NCBI GenBank assembly: GCA_963801355.1 | Contig: CAWDEM010000008.1 | Coordinates: 1,248,001-1,312,000 of the forward strand | Direction: 5' to 3' | Source: Ignavibacteriota bacterium | GTDB taxonomy: Bacteria > Bacteroidota > Ignavibacteria > UBA10030 > UBA6906 | Length of the DNA stretch: 64,000 bases | Part shown: positions 59,213 to 64,000 of the stretch, piece after piece | How positions within the stretch are numbered: the stretch's first letter is position 1 | Layout of the letters: the number at the start of each line of letters is the position of its first letter | Notes under the pieces: model-generated | What the model saw: the letters and a program-made list of their open reading frames with translations, nothing else | Databases searched by the model: none | Told to the model about the DNA's origin: nothing | Program-made: the position numbers and the translations under genes

Positions 59213-60292
59213 ATGCCGAAGAAACAGACAAAGACCAGGGTCATCGTTCTCTATAACCAGGTCGGTGAGGACGAATACCAGAAGTTGAAGGGGGTCGATC
59301 CGTCGACTCTCGGATTCGAGACCGAATACCCCATTGACGTTTCGAGCGCCCAGGAAGAGTATACAGCCCTCGTGGATGCTCTGCGGAGCGAGGGCTTCGA
59401 TGCCAGGGCGGTGAATGTCAAGGAGGACCTCGGCAGGCTCCAACGACTACTGCAGAGGGACCCCCCCGATGTAGTGTTCAACCTGGTTGAGTTCTTCCAC
59501 GACAACGCCAGGCTTGAGGGAAGCGTAGCCGGCTTTTTCGAACTGCTCCGGATACCCTATACAGGCTCCGGCCCGTTTGCCCTCACCCTGTGCCAACGCA
59601 AAGCCCTGACAAAACAAGTCCTTCTCGCCAACGGTGTGCCTACCCCCCGGTATCGTCTCCTGACTCAACCCGTGGTTCCGAAACGACACGGCCTCCACTA
59701 CCCGCTCATCGTAAAGCCCGCCCGAGAAGATGCAAGCATAGGTCTCGATAAGGGATCGGTCGTCTATGACTACCAGAGCCTGGTCGAGCGTGTCAACATG
59801 ATCTTCACCTCGTTCAGACCCCCCATGATCGTCGAGGAGTTCATCGAAGGCCGGGAACTCCACGTTTCGATTCTCGGTAATGATCCACCGGTTGTGCTCC
59901 CGATCATCGGGTTTGACTTCTCCGGCCTTCCGCCGGACTACCCGAGCATTATCAGCTATGCGGTGAAATGGAACCCGCTCGAGGAATCATATCACCGCGT
60001 CCACTCTGAGTGCCCCGCCAAACTCTCGCAGAGGCTGAAGAATAAGGTGGAAGCAATATCGCTGGCAGCCTACAGGATTACCGGCGTACGGGACTACGCC
60101 CGGCTGGATCTCAGACTCGATGCACAAAACCATCTCTACGTTCTGGAGGTGAATCCGAACCCTGATCTGACGGAGGGAGTTTCCTTCATGGAGTCGGCCG
60201 AGAAAGCCGGGTTGTCCTTTTCCACCACTCTCCGGAAGATCGTGGAGTTCGCCCTCGACCGCAGAAGCGGAATGCACGGGAAGATATCGTAG
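59213..60292 (+). CDS. ATP-grasp enzyme, D-Ala-D-Ala ligase-like
   Basis: PYTGS, IVKPAREDASIG, EEFIEGRE, YARLDLR, LEVNPNP; lacks the Ddl N-terminal GGxSxE motif. Confidence 0.85.
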   Translation: MPKKQTKTRVIVLYNQVGEDEYQKLKGVDPSTLGFETEYPIDVSSAQEEYTALVDALRSEGFDARAVNVKEDLGRLQRLLQRDPPDVVFNLVEFFHDNARLEGSVAGFFELLRIPYTGSGPFALTLCQRKALTKQVLLANGVPTPRYRLLTQPVVPKRHGLHYPLIVKPAREDASIGLDKGSVVYDYQSLVERVNMIFTSFRPPMIVEEFIEGRELHVSILGNDPPVVLPIIGFDFSGLPPDYPSIISYAVKWNPLEESYHRVHSECPAKLSQRLKNKVEAISLAAYRITGVRDYARLDLRLDAQNHLYVLEVNPNPDLTEGVSFMESAEKAGLSFSTTLRKIVEFALDRRSGMHGKIS

Positions 60293-60392
60293 CCGCTGCA
60301 GACATATCCGCCCTTGCCCTCTCATTCTTCCCCGAAGAGCAGCAGCATGGCCAGGATGGCCGGGAGAATGGAAGTATTGCGGACGAGGGCGC

Positions 60393-62483
60393 TCACCGCA
60401 ACAACACGAGTCTGCGCGTCTGCACCAGGTCGCCGGCTCCGTCCCTGGAGTCAAACCCGATTGCGGAGTTCAGCGGGCGGGCCTGCATTCTGTAGAAGTA
60501 CACTCCGCTCGAGAAACCCGTGCCGTCAAAAGTCGCCGCATGAACGCCGGCCTCCTGCTTCCCATCCACCAGCACAGCCACCTCCCGCCCGAGCAGGTCG
60601 TAGACGCTGAGCCGCACCCACCTGTTGCCTATTGCCTCGTGCCTATTGCCTATCCCAGGTACTGTGTAGCCTATCGTCGTGCTCGGATTGAACGGGTTGG
60701 GGAAATTCTGCTCGAGCATAAATCCCGACGGAAGACGCCGCTCTCCCCACCGCACATCTGTCGGCCCGGCAAAGCTCCGGAAGAATCCCGCGACAAACAC
60801 CAGCGGTGCGTTCCAATTGATCGCGATCTCGTTCGAGGCATAACTCGGGAGCGAATCTGCATAGCAAAGAGCAGGAGGCGTAGAGGAGGTGTACAGCGCC
60901 CGCAGCACATCATCCGACCTGTACTGATCCGGACCGCCAACGAGCAGGCCCGGGACAGGATCCACGATTCCGTCCGACCCCGACGGCCGGTGATGGGGCT
61001 GCATGGGAGGGGTCTCACCGATCCCGGTGACGAAAGAGCGTGACAGTCCATTCACACCCAGGACGTAATGGAGCTGATCGGCGGCGGCGGTGACAAACGA
61101 AGTGTCACCGGCCTCCACACCACCCGCCAGCAGAAGCACCGCCGCGTTTAGCGCCCCGCCGTTGCTTCCCCAATTATACTCACCGGGCTGCAGGACCACG
61201 TGATAACCGCTTTTGTTTCTCCTCGCAACCTGGGCGTTGCAGTACGTGATCAACGAGAGGCGAAGGTTCTGTTTGACCGCAAAGAGGGCCGCAGGCTGCT
61301 GCGATCTCATGTATGTTAACAACGCCAGAGGGCGGACGTACCCCCACCACATCACGCGGTCAATCAGGGGCCCGGTGGCGAAGCTTCCCTTGAGATACTC
61401 ATGATACAACGAGTCACCCGTGGTCTCGAAAAGCTCCACAGCCGCCCACTGCCGTTCATCGGAATCGTCTGTATCGCCGTATTCACCCGTAGCGGTTCCG
61501 GCCGGATTCCTGAATCCTCCCGCCGGGACAATGCCCGGGTGTGCGGCGAGGTACTGCCAGCCGCTTTTCGCCGCATCGAGGCATGTCTGCGAAAACGCCG
61601 TGTCGTATGGTGCGAACAGCCGCGCGCCCTTTGCGAGCACCGCTGCCGCGTCACCCGTTGCGGCTGACGATACTGCATAGATGTACCTGGCTCCCGCGTC
61701 GTTCCTCGGCATCACGAATCCCTCGAACTGCTCGCGGGTGAGCTTGAACCAGAACCCGCCATCCCACCGCTGCATGCTCAGAAACCACTGGAGTTCATAC
61801 CGCACTTCATCCAGGATATCCGGGACACCGTTTCCGCTCTCGGGAATGCCGAGATCGTCGCTACTGAACCGTGACGGAAACATCTCGTAGGCCAGCAGGA
61901 GCGTGCCTGCACTGATGCCGGCATTGATGATGTACTTGCCGTAGTCGCCCGCATCATGCCAGCCTCCCATCGCCGGTCGGTACCCGCTGGTATCGGTGGA
62001 GGAGTGAAATACAGCATCGCGGAAATGACAGAGTGCGTGCTCATAGACCCCGGCATAGGCCGGAAGAATGTCCATACCGCATCTCTGCAGGTAGAAACCT
62101 CTAAGCGCCTTTCTGAACACTTCATCATACACGCTGTCGGATATCACAAACGGACTTGAGCTGTCGCCGTGCGATGTCACCACCCTGTAGCGCCCGGCCT
62201 GTTGCAGCGCGGACAAATCCCCGCGGTACACCGTGTGGCCCGTAGCCGCGTCCGACGATTTCCAGAGTGCCATCGGGCCACGAAACACCTTCTCCCCTGT
62301 CCCAGTCAGCTCGACAACGAAGCTGTCCGCCGCCTGCGATGCAAAAACGTACTTGACAAAGACTCTCGGGAAGCCCACCTGGTCAACGGCCACAACGCGC
62401 TGACCGGCCACGGCATGGGAAAGAAGGGCCATCGAAACGATGGGCAACAATATCGAGCGGATCAGCTGGGTGGAAATCTTCAT
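60393..62483 (-). CDS. Glycoside hydrolase family 9 (endoglucanase) with N-terminal Ig-like domain and T9SS CTD
   Basis: VDQVGF, GGWHDAGDYGKY, HHRPS, YASNEIAINWNA; QNFPNPFNP CTD. Confidence 0.93.
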   Translation of the reverse strand: MKISTQLIRSILLPIVSMALLSHAVAGQRVVAVDQVGFPRVFVKYVFASQAADSFVVELTGTGEKVFRGPMALWKSSDAATGHTVYRGDLSALQQAGRYRVVTSHGDSSSPFVISDSVYDEVFRKALRGFYLQRCGMDILPAYAGVYEHALCHFRDAVFHSSTDTSGYRPAMGGWHDAGDYGKYIINAGISAGTLLLAYEMFPSRFSSDDLGIPESGNGVPDILDEVRYELQWFLSMQRWDGGFWFKLTREQFEGFVMPRNDAGARYIYAVSSAATGDAAAVLAKGARLFAPYDTAFSQTCLDAAKSGWQYLAAHPGIVPAGGFRNPAGTATGEYGDTDDSDERQWAAVELFETTGDSLYHEYLKGSFATGPLIDRVMWWGYVRPLALLTYMRSQQPAALFAVKQNLRLSLITYCNAQVARRNKSGYHVVLQPGEYNWGSNGGALNAAVLLLAGGVEAGDTSFVTAAADQLHYVLGVNGLSRSFVTGIGETPPMQPHHRPSGSDGIVDPVPGLLVGGPDQYRSDDVLRALYTSSTPPALCYADSLPSYASNEIAINWNAPLVFVAGFFRSFAGPTDVRWGERRLPSGFMLEQNFPNPFNPSTTIGYTVPGIGNRHEAIGNRWVRLSVYDLLGREVAVLVDGKQEAGVHAATFDGTGFSSGVYFYRMQARPLNSAIGFDSRDGAGDLVQTRRLVLLR

Positions 62484-62518
62484 TGTCTTCCTCTGTGGTA
62501 GCATGCTTCCCCGAAACC

Positions 62519-63973
62519 CTACTTCAGCCCGAGTTCCTTGCACATACGGAAGAAATTTGACGGGGCGAGCCCGAGTTTCTCCGCAGCGTTCGAATCGGAG
62601 CTCGAGATGCTCCGCACGTACTTGAAATAGTTGGTCCTGTAAATACGTTCCATCTCCCTCAGCGGGAGGACCTGCCGGCCCGTAAATTCGTTCACGCCCG
62701 CCGCGTCATCCTTGAACAGCGGGCCCTTCAGGATCATCGGGTGGCTCACGTCTTTTGCGGTAATTTTCCCCTCACAATTCAGCAGAAGCCGTTGTGCAAC
62801 GTTCCGCAGCTCGCGCACATTCCCCGGCCACTTGTAGTGTAACAGGATCTCCTTGGCGCCCGCCTCAACGTCGGGAATCGGAATGCCCATGTCGTTGCTG
62901 AAGTAGGTCAGGAAGTAATCAAAGAGGAGGAGAATATCCTCGCCACGGTCTTTGAGCGGGACGAGATCGAGCGGGATGACATTCAACCGGTAGTACAGGT
63001 CTTCCCTGAATCGGCCCTCATTCACCTCTTTCTGGAGGTCTTTGTTCGTGGCGGCAACGATGCGGACATTGACCGAGAGGCTCCCCGTCCGGCCGATCTT
63101 TTCTATCTCGCCGTCCTGGATCACGCGCAGAAGCTTCACCTGTGCCGGCGGCGGGAGCTCGGACACTTCATCCAGGAACACCGTTCCGTTGTTGGCCACT
63201 TCGAAAAGCCCGGGTTTTGATGCGACGGCCCCGGTGAACGACCCCTTTTCGTACCCGAAGAGCTCGCTTTCGATGAGGCCCTGCGGAATCCCGCCGCAGT
63301 TGATCGGTACAAAGGTCTCGAAGCGTCTCTTGCTCTTGAGATGGATGTTCCACGCGACCAGCTCCTTGCCTGTGCCGGAGGAACCGGAGATGAGCACGCT
63401 CGCATCGCTTCGCGCGAATTTCTCGATCGCCTCCTTGAGCTGAAGCATGGGCCTGGATTCACCATGGATGGTCTTGGCCTCGAGCAGCGCCTCGATGTTT
63501 TTCATCAGCCGTTTGTCCGACCGCTGCTTCAGCTTTTCGAGCCGCTTCTTCTCGTACGCATTGCAGATGCTCAAAAGGAAATCCGTGGGCTGGTACACAA
63601 ACTCCTCGATATTCCCGGGGTATTTCGTACAGTACCAGAAGGCACCCGCGTTGAGCAGACTGTTGGCGAAATCGAGGTCGGTCATGTTGATCGTCATCTT
63701 CGTGATGACGATAATCTGGATCAAGGGATTGATCTCCTTGATCTTCTTGATGAGCTCTTCGCCGCGCAGCCCGCCCGAGATCTGGAAGTCGAGGATCACC
63801 ACGTCGTACCCGTCGGGCTTCGCCCGGATGAGCTCCAGGGCGGTTTTCCCGTTTGAGCATACGCCCGCGATCTGAATGCGCGAGGCGAGCAATTTCACGG
63901 TGTTCCGGACACGCGCGACGTCGAAATCCTCATCCTCCACCAGGAGGAGCTGGATTGGATTTGCAGTAGTCAT
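62519..63973 (-). CDS. Sigma-54-dependent (NtrC-like) response regulator
   Basis: Receiver domain (LLVEDE, ILD), AAA+ GSSGTGKE, ESELFGYEKGSFTGA, FREDLYYRLNV, WPGNVREL, C-terminal HTH. Confidence 0.92.
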   Translation of the reverse strand: MTTANPIQLLLVEDEDFDVARVRNTVKLLASRIQIAGVCSNGKTALELIRAKPDGYDVVILDFQISGGLRGEELIKKIKEINPLIQIIVITKMTINMTDLDFANSLLNAGAFWYCTKYPGNIEEFVYQPTDFLLSICNAYEKKRLEKLKQRSDKRLMKNIEALLEAKTIHGESRPMLQLKEAIEKFARSDASVLISGSSGTGKELVAWNIHLKSKRRFETFVPINCGGIPQGLIESELFGYEKGSFTGAVASKPGLFEVANNGTVFLDEVSELPPPAQVKLLRVIQDGEIEKIGRTGSLSVNVRIVAATNKDLQKEVNEGRFREDLYYRLNVIPLDLVPLKDRGEDILLLFDYFLTYFSNDMGIPIPDVEAGAKEILLHYKWPGNVRELRNVAQRLLLNCEGKITAKDVSHPMILKGPLFKDDAAGVNEFTGRQVLPLREMERIYRTNYFKYVRSISSSDSNAAEKLGLAPSNFFRMCKELGLK

Positions 63974-64000
63974 GCACTTGCCGTGTGGTTTATGGTGATC

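Overview
Chromosomal segment from a bacterium of the Bacteroidota/Ignavibacteriota (FCB) lineage, judged from five secreted proteins ending in a T9SS (Por) C-terminal sorting domain (QNYPNPFN...). Left to right: a T9SS S8 protease (N-terminus outside the window); a non-pyrrolysine MttB-family methyltransferase; an ECF sigma / zinc-finger anti-sigma pair converging on an exported TPR-CHAT (caspase-like) protease, with a small secreted Pro-rich peptide gene and 39-bp repeats divergent from it; and a ~19 kb minus-strand arsenic/metal/redox island (three ArsR, arsD-arsA-arsC-acr3, ArsP-type permease, thioredoxins, CcdA, ferredoxins, CDF, nhaA). The island carries unusual extras: a tandem YlbF/YmcA-like pair and a MacB-type ABC module with Cys-Cys motifs. 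Next come a three-gene amino-alcohol phospholipid headgroup operon, three consecutive TolC-MFP-RND pumps, a cluster of T9SS cargo (YWTD propeller, BNR-repeat propeller, gluconolactonase, GH9), a tail-collar protein, an ATP-grasp enzyme and a sigma-54 response regulator. I saw no rRNA, tRNA, CRISPR array, integrase or transposase. Best candidates for undescribed biology: (1) the peptide / TPR-CHAT / anti-sigma / sigma circuit, (2) the Cys-Cys YlbF-pair plus ABC module in the ars island, and (3) 7-nt tandem repeats at the same site in all five T9SS sorting domains. Several apparent frameshifts may be assembly errors. All calls come from reading motifs by eye; no database searches were run.
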